From an uncultured Dehalococcoidales bacterium (GTDB lineage: Bacteria; Chloroflexota; Dehalococcoidia; Dehalococcoidales; UBA5760), in assembly GCA_964649385.1 (NCBI GenBank), contig CAZYRA010000002.1, positions 1 through 34,785 of the forward strand: a DNA stretch of 34,785 nt. The letters are read 5' to 3'. A program made the translations under genes and the position numbers. Each line of letters opens with the position of its first letter. Position 1 is the first letter of the stretch. The notes beneath the pieces are model-generated. The model worked only from the letters and a program-made list of their open reading frames with translations. It ran no database searches and was not told where the DNA came from. Of the stretch, positions 8,462 to 16,149 are shown piece after piece.

Positions 8462-8775
8462 ACGCCATCCACCTCCCTCAAGCTCCTCAGATAGGCTTCT
8501 GTCTCCTCCAAGCGGTTCTGTAGCTCAGATATCCGCTTTAACATCCTCAGAATAACCTCTATTCCGGCCAGGTTGACCCCCAGGTCACTCATCAGTGTCT
8601 TTGCCCGACGCAGTAGTACGATATCACTATTGGAATATAGGCGGATATTGCCACGAGACCGACACGGCTCTATTATGCCAATTCTCTCATAATAACGCAA
8701 CGTGTGGGTCCGAACGCCAATCATCTTGGCAGCAATACTTATTGCATATCGGGGTTCACTCTCCTCTGAATTCAT
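8458..8775 (-). CDS. hspR: MerR-family heat-shock repressor, HspR-like
   Basis: The helix-turn-helix segment YAISIAAKMIGVRTHTLRYYERIGIIEP...IRLYSNSDI is present. The gene sits between dnaJ and the Clp ATPase, and its stop overlaps the clpC start (ATGA). Confidence 0.8.
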   Translation of the reverse strand: MNSEESEPRYAISIAAKMIGVRTHTLRYYERIGIIEPCRSRGNIRLYSNSDIVLLRRAKTLMSDLGVNLAGIEVILRMLKRISELQNRLEETEAYLRSLREVDGV

Positions 8776-8789
8776 AGCAACCTCACCGC

Positions 8790-9773
8790 TTAGTTTGGTC
8801 TGAGTTCACTTAGCTGCTTAAACAGCTCCTTCTCTCTATCTGATAGTTTGGTTGGTAGTGTAACGTTCACCCTGGCCAGCAGGTCACCGTAGGACAACTT
8901 ACCTAGGTGGGGCATACCCTGTCTCGACAGACGAAAGGTGCGTCCGTTTTGAGTCTCCGGCGGAATCTTTAGCGACAGCTTGCCCTTTAAGGTAGGCACC
9001 TGAATCTCTCCTCCCAACACCACTACGGTCAGCGGAACGCCAACCTCTACATACAAGTTATCACCGCTGCGCTGAAACTGTGAGTGCGGCTTAACCGATA
9101 TCACCAGATAAAGGTCGCCGTTAGCTGCGCCACCGTAGCCCTGACCTCCCTTGCCGGCAATGCGTACCCGTGACCCATCCCTGACCCCAGGTGGAATCTT
9201 GACCTCAAGACGCTTCAGCCGGGGCACTACCCCCGAGCCGCGACATGCAGAACAGGGTACACCCTGTATCAAGCCGGTACCCTGGCAACCGGAGCAGGAT
9301 TCATTGGCCTCGATACCCAGGATGCGGGTTGAGCCATGATAGGCTTCTTCCAGGGTTACCTCTACCGGGTGGTCAATGTCCTGGCCTCGTCTTGGCCGGG
9401 TCTGGCGACGGGAGGTTTTGCCACGGGTGCCCCTGAATAGCTCATTGAAGATACTACCTAAATCAGCTTCTTCGAAGTGGACACCGGCACCACCCTGACT
9501 GAAGTCCCCAGACGGTGCCTGGTAGCCTGCCTGAGCAAACTGGTCGGCATGCTGCCACTGGTCGCCGAAACGGTCATATTTCTTTCTTTTCTCTTGGTCG
9601 GAGAGCACCTCGAAGGCTCCGTTTATCTCCTTAAACCTGGCCTCTGCCGACTTATCACCGGGGTTAACATCGGGGTGGTGCTTGCGCGCCAGCTTACGGT
9701 AGGCCTGTTTTATCTCCTTCTCGCTAGCATCCCGCTTGACCCCTAAAGTCTGATAGTAGTCTTTGTCTGCCAT
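8790..9773 (-). CDS. dnaJ: J-domain co-chaperone (DnaJ/CbpA class) with a single zinc centre
   Basis: The J-domain is clear (DYYQTLGV...[15 protein letters not shown]). Only two CxxCxGxG repeats are present ([16 protein letters not shown]), against four in canonical DnaJ. A C-terminal substrate-binding beta domain follows. Confidence 0.85.
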   Translation of the reverse strand: MADKDYYQTLGVKRDASEKEIKQAYRKLARKHHPDVNPGDKSAEARFKEINGAFEVLSDQEKRKKYDRFGDQWQHADQFAQAGYQAPSGDFSQGGAGVHFEEADLGSIFNELFRGTRGKTSRRQTRPRRGQDIDHPVEVTLEEAYHGSTRILGIEANESCSGCQGTGLIQGVPCSACRGSGVVPRLKRLEVKIPPGVRDGSRVRIAGKGGQGYGGAANGDLYLVISVKPHSQFQRSGDNLYVEVGVPLTVVVLGGEIQVPTLKGKLSLKIPPETQNGRTFRLSRQGMPHLGKLSYGDLLARVNVTLPTKLSDREKELFKQLSELRPN

Positions 9774-9805
9774 AGCTCTCCAAATACCAGCCAGATTACA
9801 GTAGT

Positions 9806-9834
9806 ATTATAGGTTGTCTCAAGAGATATGTCAA
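9806..9834 (-). promoter_or_regulatory. Consensus sigma70-type promoter of the dnaJ-hspR-clpC operon
   Basis: On the minus strand, TTGACA (9834-9829), a 17-nt spacer TATCTCTTGAGACAACC, then TATAAT (9811-9806). The spacer contains CTTGAG, half of the HspR HAIR motif. Confidence 0.6.
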
Positions 9835-9930
9835 TACTGGATTAACAAAGTTAACAAAATACTATAAATGTCCATTGAAGGTCTACTGGTGTTGCCTGGT
9901 TTTTCTTGAGTGCAAACCACAAATTACTAA

Positions 9931-9939
9931 TGTTATAAT
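9931..9939 (+). promoter_or_regulatory. Extended -10 element (TGTTATAAT) upstream of the Crp/Fnr gene
   Basis: It matches TGnTATAAT exactly and lies about 50 nt upstream of the ATG at 9988. No good -35 element is present. Confidence 0.4.
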
Positions 9940-9987
9940 TCATCCACAGGAATTTACTCTAATAAAGAAAACCACCCTTGAAGGAGC

Positions 9988-10677
9988 ATGGCCAGCTTGA
10001 AACAAAGCAGCAAGGTTCAAATTCTAAGAAACTCCTCTATTTTCTCCGGCTTGAATGATGACGAGATCAACCAACTGGCTGACCTTTCCATCGAGTATAG
10101 TTTCATGCCAAACGAGTTCGTTTTCTGGGACGGTGATGCCCCTGAATGGTTCTACATGGTCGCCGAGGGCAAAGTGAAGGCTATTAAACACTCCTCCCTG
10201 GGAAAGGAGTTTATCATCGCCTTTTTCGGCCCCGGCGAAATGTTCGGTGAGGTGGCTGTCTTTGAGGGTGAACCCTATCCCGCTTCAGCTCAAGCTGTAG
10301 CTGAAACCAAAGTATTAGGCATCAGAAGAAAGGGATTCCTATCCTTTCTTACTAACCGCCCCGAGGTAGTCCTGAAGATTGTTAGCATCCTCGGCGGGCG
10401 ACTCAGGGATGCCCAGGACCGGCTTAGAGACCTTGCTGGGGAGAGGGTTGAACAACGCATTGCCCGGATACTGCTTATGCTTTCGGCAAAGATTGGCCCT
10501 ACCCTCCCCTTTACCCGGCAGGAAATCGCCGACATGGCGGGAACCACTATCGAGACAGCCATCAGGGTAATGAGTCAACTAAGGGATAGAGGCATTATCA
10601 GTTCTGCTCGCGGCCAAACAATCATCCTTGATAAGACCAAGCTGAGATTGTTGAGCGAAGGCCATCCCCACGTTTAA
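9988..10677 (+). CDS. Crp/Fnr-family transcriptional regulator
   Basis: An N-terminal cNMP-binding-like beta-barrel (FFGPGEMFGEVAVFEG) and a C-terminal HTH (TRQEIADMAGTTIETAIRVMSQL) are present. GAAGGAG precedes the ATG. There is no N-terminal Cys cluster, so it is not a classical [4Fe-4S] FNR. Confidence 0.85.
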   Translation: MASLKQSSKVQILRNSSIFSGLNDDEINQLADLSIEYSFMPNEFVFWDGDAPEWFYMVAEGKVKAIKHSSLGKEFIIAFFGPGEMFGEVAVFEGEPYPASAQAVAETKVLGIRRKGFLSFLTNRPEVVLKIVSILGGRLRDAQDRLRDLAGERVEQRIARILLMLSAKIGPTLPFTRQEIADMAGTTIETAIRVMSQLRDRGIISSARGQTIILDKTKLRLLSEGHPHV

Positions 10678-10752
10678 GCCACGGCCAAAGACTCTCTTGA
10701 CATTACTATTTAGTGCAGCCTTAGGTATTCCTTTCGGAGAATTACCAGCCTG

Positions 10753-10768
10753 TATGACTTAAATCATA
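10753..10768. promoter_or_regulatory. Crp/Fnr-type palindrome TATGA-N6-TCATA upstream of fprA
   Basis: The sequence TATGACTTAAATCATA has 5-bp perfect arms and a 6-bp spacer. Its centre lies about 30 bp upstream of a TATTAT hexamer (10791-10796). Confidence 0.45.
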
Positions 10769-10860
10769 GCCAATGAGCAGGATTTAGCTTTATTATGGTG
10801 TTGTGGTACCATACACAAGGCAGCTCCCAGCTATATTGCGGAGAAAAAGGAGGAGTAATA

Positions 10861-12051
10861 ATGATGAAACCAAGAGAGATGAAGCCCGGGGTCTACTCAG
10901 TAGGAGTCATTGACTGGGACCGGCGGTTGTTCGATTCGCTGGTGCCACTACCTGATGGCACGAGTTATAACTCATATTTAATTAAGGGTAGTGAGAAAAC
11001 AGCGCTTATTGACACCGTAGACCCTCCGATGGGAAACATGTTGATAAACCACCTGAGTGAACTCGGAGTTAAAAGTATAGATTATGTTATTGCCAACCAT
11101 GCTGAACAGGACCATTCCGGTGCTATCCCCCAGGTACTGGGGAAATACCCTGAAGCAAAAGTGGTATGCACACCCAAGTGTAAAGGCATGCTCATTGACC
11201 TGCTTATGATTCCAGAGGAAAAGTTCATAACGGTCAACGATAAAGAGACCATTTCGTTGGGTGATAGAACCCTGGAGTTCATTCATGCCCCCTGGGTTCA
11301 CTGGCCGGAGACAATGCTTACCTATCTGAAGGAAGATAAGATACTCTTCCCTTGTGATTTCTTCGGCTCCCACCTGGCCACAACCGACCTGTATGTCAGG
11401 GATGGAGGGCAGGTCTACGAAGCTGCCAAGAGATATTATGCGGAAATCATGATGCCCTTCCGAGCCTCTATCCAGAAGAACCTGGAGAAGGTAAAGGACT
11501 ACGCGATTGACATTATTGCTCCCAGCCACGGCCCCATGCACGATAGTCCAGAGTTTATACTGAAGGCCTATCATAGCTGGGCATTTGACGAGCCAAAAAA
11601 CATCGTGGTACTGCCCTACATTTCGATGCACGGCAGCACCCGCAAGATGGTGGAATACTTTGTCGGAGCTTTAGTCCAGAGGGGCGTGACGGTGAAACAG
11701 TTTGACCTTGCGGTAACCGATATCGGGAAACTGGCCATGGCGCTGGTGGATGCGGCCACAGTTGTTATCGGGACACCTACTGTTCTCGCCGGTCCGCACC
11801 CGAATGTTGCCTATGCTGCCATCCTGGCAAATGCCTTAAGACCCAACCTCAAATTTATCTCCATCATCGGTTCTTATAGTTGGGGAGGTAAGGCAGTTGA
11901 GCAACTGGCTGCGATGATTCCCAACCTGAAGGTAGAAATACTGGAACCGGTGTTGGGCAAGGGCTTCCCGAAGGAAGCTGATTTCAAGGCACTGGATAAT
12001 CTGGCAACTACTATCGCCGAAAAACATAAAGGGCATAACTCTGTTTCATAA
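10861..12051 (+). CDS. fprA: Flavodiiron protein (FprA; metallo-beta-lactamase-like plus flavodoxin domains)
   Basis: The di-iron motif HAEQDHSG and the pattern FPCDFFGSH...MPF are present, with a C-terminal flavodoxin-like fold (IVVLPYISMHGSTRKM). The ATG at 10861 lies 7 nt after AAGGAGG, so the ORF-track start at 10795 is unlikely. Confidence 0.85.
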   Translation: MMKPREMKPGVYSVGVIDWDRRLFDSLVPLPDGTSYNSYLIKGSEKTALIDTVDPPMGNMLINHLSELGVKSIDYVIANHAEQDHSGAIPQVLGKYPEAKVVCTPKCKGMLIDLLMIPEEKFITVNDKETISLGDRTLEFIHAPWVHWPETMLTYLKEDKILFPCDFFGSHLATTDLYVRDGGQVYEAAKRYYAEIMMPFRASIQKNLEKVKDYAIDIIAPSHGPMHDSPEFILKAYHSWAFDEPKNIVVLPYISMHGSTRKMVEYFVGALVQRGVTVKQFDLAVTDIGKLAMALVDAATVVIGTPTVLAGPHPNVAYAAILANALRPNLKFISIIGSYSWGGKAVEQLAAMIPNLKVEILEPVLGKGFPKEADFKALDNLATTIAEKHKGHNSVS

Positions 12052-12055
12052 CATT

Positions 12056-12080
12056 ATTCTTTTGCAAAAGAATATTTTTT
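12056..12080 (+). terminator. Weak AT-rich hairpin plus T6 downstream of fprA
   Basis: ATTCTTTTG/CAAAAGAAT is a perfect palindrome (12056-12073), followed by ATTTTTT. The stem is almost all A-T, so termination efficiency is doubtful. It overlaps the -35 of the next promoter. Confidence 0.3.
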
Positions 12081-12213
12081 GTTGTATAATGCATCCGGTG
12101 GTTTTAGTCTAGGTTATCACATACTTTGTTAAATTACTCTGGATTTACTCGGAATTTACTCAAGCTCTGGGTGACCATAGAACTAGCCAACTAATTAAGA
12201 GAGGGGGTCAGCT
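12062..12213 (+). promoter_or_regulatory. Promoter (TTGCAA-N17-TATAAT) plus ~115-nt conserved 5' leader of zinc-ribbon gene B
   Basis: The -35 is at 12062-12067 and the -10 at 12085-12090. TGTTGTATAATGC is identical to the paralog A promoter. Leader blocks are shared with 2797-2903: GGTGGTTTTAGTCTAGGTTATCA (12097-12119), TGGGTGACC (12168-12176) and CTAGCCAACTA (12183-12193). Confidence 0.6.
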
Positions 12214-12519
12214 ATGAGTTTTGAGGACAAGTCAATCCAGTGTTCTGACTGTGGGGCTACTTTTACCTTCAGTGCTGAGGAACAAGAATTCTTCGCTTCG
12301 AAAGGCTATACCAACGATCCTAAGCGCTGTCCTTCTTGTCGTCAGGCAAGAAAGACGGAGCGTTATGGGGATAGTGACTATGGTGCCCGGCCGCGGCGCC
12401 AGATGTTTCCTGCAGTATGCGCTGAGTGTGGTAAAGACACCGAAGTACCGTTCGAGCCTCGTGAAGGTAGACCAGTCTACTGCAGTGAGTGCTACAGCAA
12501 AGCCAAACTAAGGGAATAA
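12214..12519 (+). CDS. Small double zinc-ribbon protein, paralog B
   Basis: Sequence MSFEDKSIQCSDCGATFTFSAEEQEFFASKGYTNDPKRCPSCRQARK...CAECGKDTEVPFEPREGRPVYCSECY. It is 101 aa and collinear with 2491-2796, at roughly three quarters amino-acid identity by eye. Confidence 0.85.
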   Translation: MSFEDKSIQCSDCGATFTFSAEEQEFFASKGYTNDPKRCPSCRQARKTERYGDSDYGARPRRQMFPAVCAECGKDTEVPFEPREGRPVYCSECYSKAKLRE

Positions 12520-12595
12520 AGCTATTGTAACCTGAGGACATATGCAGGTTGGGGACACCCAGCCGGTGTATGTCCTTCGGGTGTGTTGGAGTGTT

Positions 12596-12781
12596 ATGCC
12601 ATTAGAAGTTTCGGTACGTGAAGGTGAGACCCAGGACTCCTTATTGAGGCGCTTTCAACGAATGGTGCAGATGGGTGGTATCCTTCGTGAGGCGAAAGCC
12701 CATCGTTATTTCCTCTCCAAGAGAGACACTGCCCGTCTGAAGGTAAAAAAGAACGCCAAGCGGAGAAGAACCGGCAGGTAA
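12596..12781 (+). CDS. rpsU: 30S ribosomal protein S21
   Basis: Sequence MPLEVSVREGETQDSLLRRFQRMVQMGGILREAKAHRYFLSKRDTARLKVKKNAKRRR. The ATG at 12596 follows GGAG. The ORF-track frame starts further upstream at 12542. Confidence 0.9.
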   Translation: MPLEVSVREGETQDSLLRRFQRMVQMGGILREAKAHRYFLSKRDTARLKVKKNAKRRRTGR

Positions 12782-12892
12782 GGTAATACCAGGGCGAACC
12801 GGATGTTACTTCGTCCGGTGGGTTGTTTACCTGATGTGCCGATGGCAGCGGCTGATAGGGAAGATTTCAAAATCACTGTTATGTAAAGAGAA

Positions 12893-12921
12893 AAGGACAC
12901 CGAAGAGGTGCCTTTTTTTTT
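12893..12921 (+). terminator. Rho-independent terminator, probably bidirectional (rpsU on +, lgt on -)
   Basis: AAGGACACC-GAAGA-GGTGCCTT forms an 8-bp stem with one bulge, followed by a run of T (nine T counting the stem's last two). The complementary strand gives the same stem followed by UUCUCUUU. Confidence 0.75.
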
Positions 12922-12930
12922 GATTACACT

Positions 12931-13746
12931 TCAACCGGAGATCTTTTCTTCTTCTCTAAATCGGCGCCTCCGGTAGATGAGTATGAATATGCTTGCTGCA
13001 AGCACCACTATCGAGAGTATCTGTGCCTGGCTCAAACCGAAGGCAAAGTACACAGCGGCATCACGCAGGAAGCCGATACCGATGCGCCAGGCTGAGTACA
13101 TAATGAAATAGACCAAGAACACCGAACCAGCCGGCTTGAGGCGACCCGTAAGCCTGAGTAGTACTACGAAGCAGACAAGGGCAAATACGATTTCGTAGGC
13201 CTGAGTGGGGTGGAGAGGTATGTTGAGCGGGGCATAGCTGTTAGGGTGGGTGTAGACCACGCTCCAAGGCAGCCAGGCCGCTGCCGGATTACCAAAGCAG
13301 CAGCCGTTTATCTGACAGCCCACCCTGCCGATAGCCTGGGCCAGTATAATCCCCGGCGCTATCAAGTCGGCAACGGAGAAAAAGTCCTGTACCCTTTCCT
13401 TGCCGCGGCTGCTGAAACGGAGATAGAGCCAGATACCCAGGACAGCGCCGATGACACCGCCGTATATCGCCAGCCCACCACCGCTGAAGACCTGCGCTGG
13501 GTACTCCACGTAGTATTGCCACTTCTCCAGGACATGGACTAACTTGGCGCCTGCTATTCCTGAGGCAATGCCGACCGGGGCTAACATAATATCCGGAGGG
13601 ACGGTAAGTGCTTCCTTTATCCTCGATATCCGGTGGTACGCCCAGAGGACAACCACAACTACCGCCAGCGAGACAATGATGCCGTACCACCTGACTTCAT
13701 GTGAGCCTATCGCGAAGGCTACCGGATCAACGCTTATGTTTATCAT
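12931..13746 (-). CDS. lgt: Prolipoprotein diacylglyceryl transferase
   Basis: The protein has an Lgt-like layout: VRWYGIIVSLAVV, GGVIGAVLG, GRVGCQINGCCFG and HPTQAYE. It is polytopic. Confidence 0.85.
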   Translation of the reverse strand: MINISVDPVAFAIGSHEVRWYGIIVSLAVVVVVLWAYHRISRIKEALTVPPDIMLAPVGIASGIAGAKLVHVLEKWQYYVEYPAQVFSGGGLAIYGGVIGAVLGIWLYLRFSSRGKERVQDFFSVADLIAPGIILAQAIGRVGCQINGCCFGNPAAAWLPWSVVYTHPNSYAPLNIPLHPTQAYEIVFALVCFVVLLRLTGRLKPAGSVFLVYFIMYSAWRIGIGFLRDAAVYFAFGLSQAQILSIVVLAASIFILIYRRRRFREEEKISG

Positions 13747-13810
13747 TCAGTTGGTATTCTTTCTTTGATGTGGTGACCCTATCCCCTAAGTTCCCTTCCC
13801 CACAAGATGA

Positions 13811-16105
13811 CTATCGACCTGCTATCAACCCATCGAGTAATACCAGAGCAGCACGCTTGTCCAGTGGTTTATTATTGTTGCCGCACTTGGGGGACTGAAT
13901 ACAACTGGGGCAACCCTCGTGGCAGGGGCACTCCTTGATTACTCTTAGTGTAGTTTGCCATAGTTCCCTGGTTAAGTCAAAGCCCTTCTCGGCAATGCCG
14001 ATACCACCGGGGTGAGCATCATAGATGAATATCTGGGCTCTGCCGGTATCAGGATGGAGAAGGGTAGAAACGCCGCCGATGTCATTGCGATCACAGAGAG
14101 CGAACAGGGGTAGAATACCAATCGCAGCGTGCTCAACGGCGTGCAGTCCACCGGCCAGGTCCAGCCCTTCTTCCTCCAACCGTGCCATGACCCCAGGGGG
14201 CAGGTCAAACCACAGCGCTACCGTGGCAAAGTGCTGCGGCGGCAGCTCGAGGGATTCCTCACCGATTACCTCCTCGGTGAACTGCGCCTTCCTTTTGAAG
14301 CCGACTACGGTGGTGGTAACCTCCACATCACCCAGGAATACCTTCACCTGTCCGTAGTTTCTATTGTGAATTGTCCTGGTAATGTGTAAATCGGTAATTT
14401 CTCTGGCCTGGGTGTAGTAGGTGGCGGTGGTTGGCTCGACATAGGCGGTGCGGCCGGAAAGGTCGAGCCTGGTCACCAGGTAGGACTCTCCCTGGTGGAG
14501 GTAGATGGCGCCGGGGTGTATCTGAAAGAAGGCTGCGCTTGACTCTACCGTCTCCAGTAGTAAGGCCGTTCTGGTGTCAATAATGGAAAAGCTCTCACCA
14601 CTGGTGGAACGGATGTTGACCCCCTGGGCTGGATAGCTGATGGCCGGGGAGAGGTAACACCTACCCCTTCGCTCGCGGAGGAAACCACCTCTCTCCAGCA
14701 CTTCTCTTTCCCGGCTTAAGGTGGTACCGAAAAACTGCTCATCACTTCTACTAAGCGGCAGCTCCCAGGCGGCGCACAGCAGGTGGGGCCCTAGAATATA
14801 GGGGTTAGCCGGATTGACCAGGGCATTCTCAAAGTTCTTCTCGAAGAAGTGGCTGGGGTGGTGCATCAGGTACTGGTCGAGGGGATTATTCAGGGCAATC
14901 AGAAAGCTTAGTGATTTGCTCTCTCCCCGCCCACTTCGTCCCGCCTGCTGCCAGGTGCTGGCGATGCTTCCAGGGTAGCCGGTAAGCACAGTAGCTTCCA
15001 GGTCGCCGATGTCTATTCCCAACTCGAGAGCATTGGTGGCGACCACGCCCAGCAGTTCGCCGCTGAAGAGCTCCTGCTCTATCCGGCGGCGGTCTTCGGG
15101 AAGGTAACCGGCGCGATACGGCTTGATTCTCTCACTCAGGCTGCGGCTGTTCTGGGCAAGCCGGCGCTGTGAGTAGACATAGATAAGCTCGGTAAGTCGG
15201 CGGGTGCGGGCAAAGATAAGGCTGCGGATATGCCGACTTACCAGGTTGGTAAACAGCTCGGTTGCTTCGCTGTTGGCGCTGCGCCGCATACTCTTTGCCT
15301 CATCTATTAAGGGAGGGTTCCAGAAAACGAAGTCCTTCTCACCATGCGACGAGCCGTCGCTGTCCACAAGGCTGAAGGGTACCCCGACCAGCCTCTCGAT
15401 GTGCTCGGTAGGATTGGCTATCGTCGCCGAACAGCAGATGAACCGTGGGTCTGAGCCGTAGAGACGGCAGAGGCGGCGCAGGCGGCGCAGCACACAGGCT
15501 ACCTGGGAACCGAAAACACCGCGGTAGTTGTGGGCTTCATCTATCACCACATAGCGAAGGTGCCGCAGCAGCTTTGCCCAATACCTGTGGTTGGGCAGGA
15601 TACCGAGGTGGAGCATATCGGGATTGGTCAGTATTACCCTAGCCCTTTTCCTTATCTCGGCTCGCTCTGTCCGGGGGGTGTCACCATCAAAGGTATCCAA
15701 TTCCTCCGGCTGGAGTAAATCGGGGCAGCACAGCTTGCGCAGGTTACGCAACTGGTCCTGGGCCAGCGCCTTGGTCGGAAAGAGATAGAGAGCGCGGCTG
15801 GCCCGTTCGGTTAGTATCTTCTCCAGCACGGGGATGTTATAGCACAGGGTCTTACCGCTGGCGCTCGAGGTCGACACCATAGTATTCTTGCCCTCCCGGG
15901 CATAGCCTATCGCCTCGGCCTGATGGGTATATAGCGGCAGCAGCCTGTTCTTACTGAGGCAATCATGAAGACGGCCGGGCAGGGGCTTGTCCGTTTCGGC
16001 ATAACTTGCCCTACGAGCCGGGATATGCTCGATGTGGGCAATCTGGCCGCTATAGCCGGGCTGGGTGGTGAGATAGTTGAGAAAGGCAGCGGTATCCATT
16101 ATCAT
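13811..16105 (-). CDS. DEAD/DEAH-box helicase with C-terminal DUF1998 (MrfA/YprA-type) zinc-binding domain
   Basis: Walker A (SSASGKT), DEAH-type motif II (VIDEAHNYRG), and motifs SATIAN and QQAGRSGRG are present. The C-terminal four-Cys cluster is CPCHEGCPSCIQSPKCGNNNKPLDK. Confidence 0.8.
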   Translation of the reverse strand: MIMDTAAFLNYLTTQPGYSGQIAHIEHIPARRASYAETDKPLPGRLHDCLSKNRLLPLYTHQAEAIGYAREGKNTMVSTSSASGKTLCYNIPVLEKILTERASRALYLFPTKALAQDQLRNLRKLCCPDLLQPEELDTFDGDTPRTERAEIRKRARVILTNPDMLHLGILPNHRYWAKLLRHLRYVVIDEAHNYRGVFGSQVACVLRRLRRLCRLYGSDPRFICCSATIANPTEHIERLVGVPFSLVDSDGSSHGEKDFVFWNPPLIDEAKSMRRSANSEATELFTNLVSRHIRSLIFARTRRLTELIYVYSQRRLAQNSRSLSERIKPYRAGYLPEDRRRIEQELFSGELLGVVATNALELGIDIGDLEATVLTGYPGSIASTWQQAGRSGRGESKSLSFLIALNNPLDQYLMHHPSHFFEKNFENALVNPANPYILGPHLLCAAWELPLSRSDEQFFGTTLSREREVLERGGFLRERRGRCYLSPAISYPAQGVNIRSTSGESFSIIDTRTALLLETVESSAAFFQIHPGAIYLHQGESYLVTRLDLSGRTAYVEPTTATYYTQAREITDLHITRTIHNRNYGQVKVFLGDVEVTTTVVGFKRKAQFTEEVIGEESLELPPQHFATVALWFDLPPGVMARLEEEGLDLAGGLHAVEHAAIGILPLFALCDRNDIGGVSTLLHPDTGRAQIFIYDAHPGGIGIAEKGFDLTRELWQTTLRVIKECPCHEGCPSCIQSPKCGNNNKPLDKRAALVLLDGLIAGR

Positions 16106-16149
16106 TCCTTTACCAAAAGCAAAAAGAACTGAGCTAGCAGATGTGACTT

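Noticed and set aside
9905-9925. Canonical HspR operator (HAIR, CTTGAGT-N7-ACTCAAG)
   Set aside because: Only the left half-site is exact. The right half matches at 3 of 7 positions, so I do not call a HAIR element. It is kept only as a note within the intergenic-region finding.
10978-11631. 217-aa minus-strand ORF
   Set aside because: It lies antisense to fprA, whose di-iron and flavodoxin motifs are unambiguous. It has no SD and no motifs.
13811-16105. DUF1998 helicase as part of a DISARM- or Druantia-like defence system
   Set aside because: No partner genes are adjacent or nearby (no DrmA/DrmC/methylase, no DruA-D/DruH). The size and domain order fit the stand-alone MrfA/YprA repair helicase. 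The flanking genes are housekeeping.
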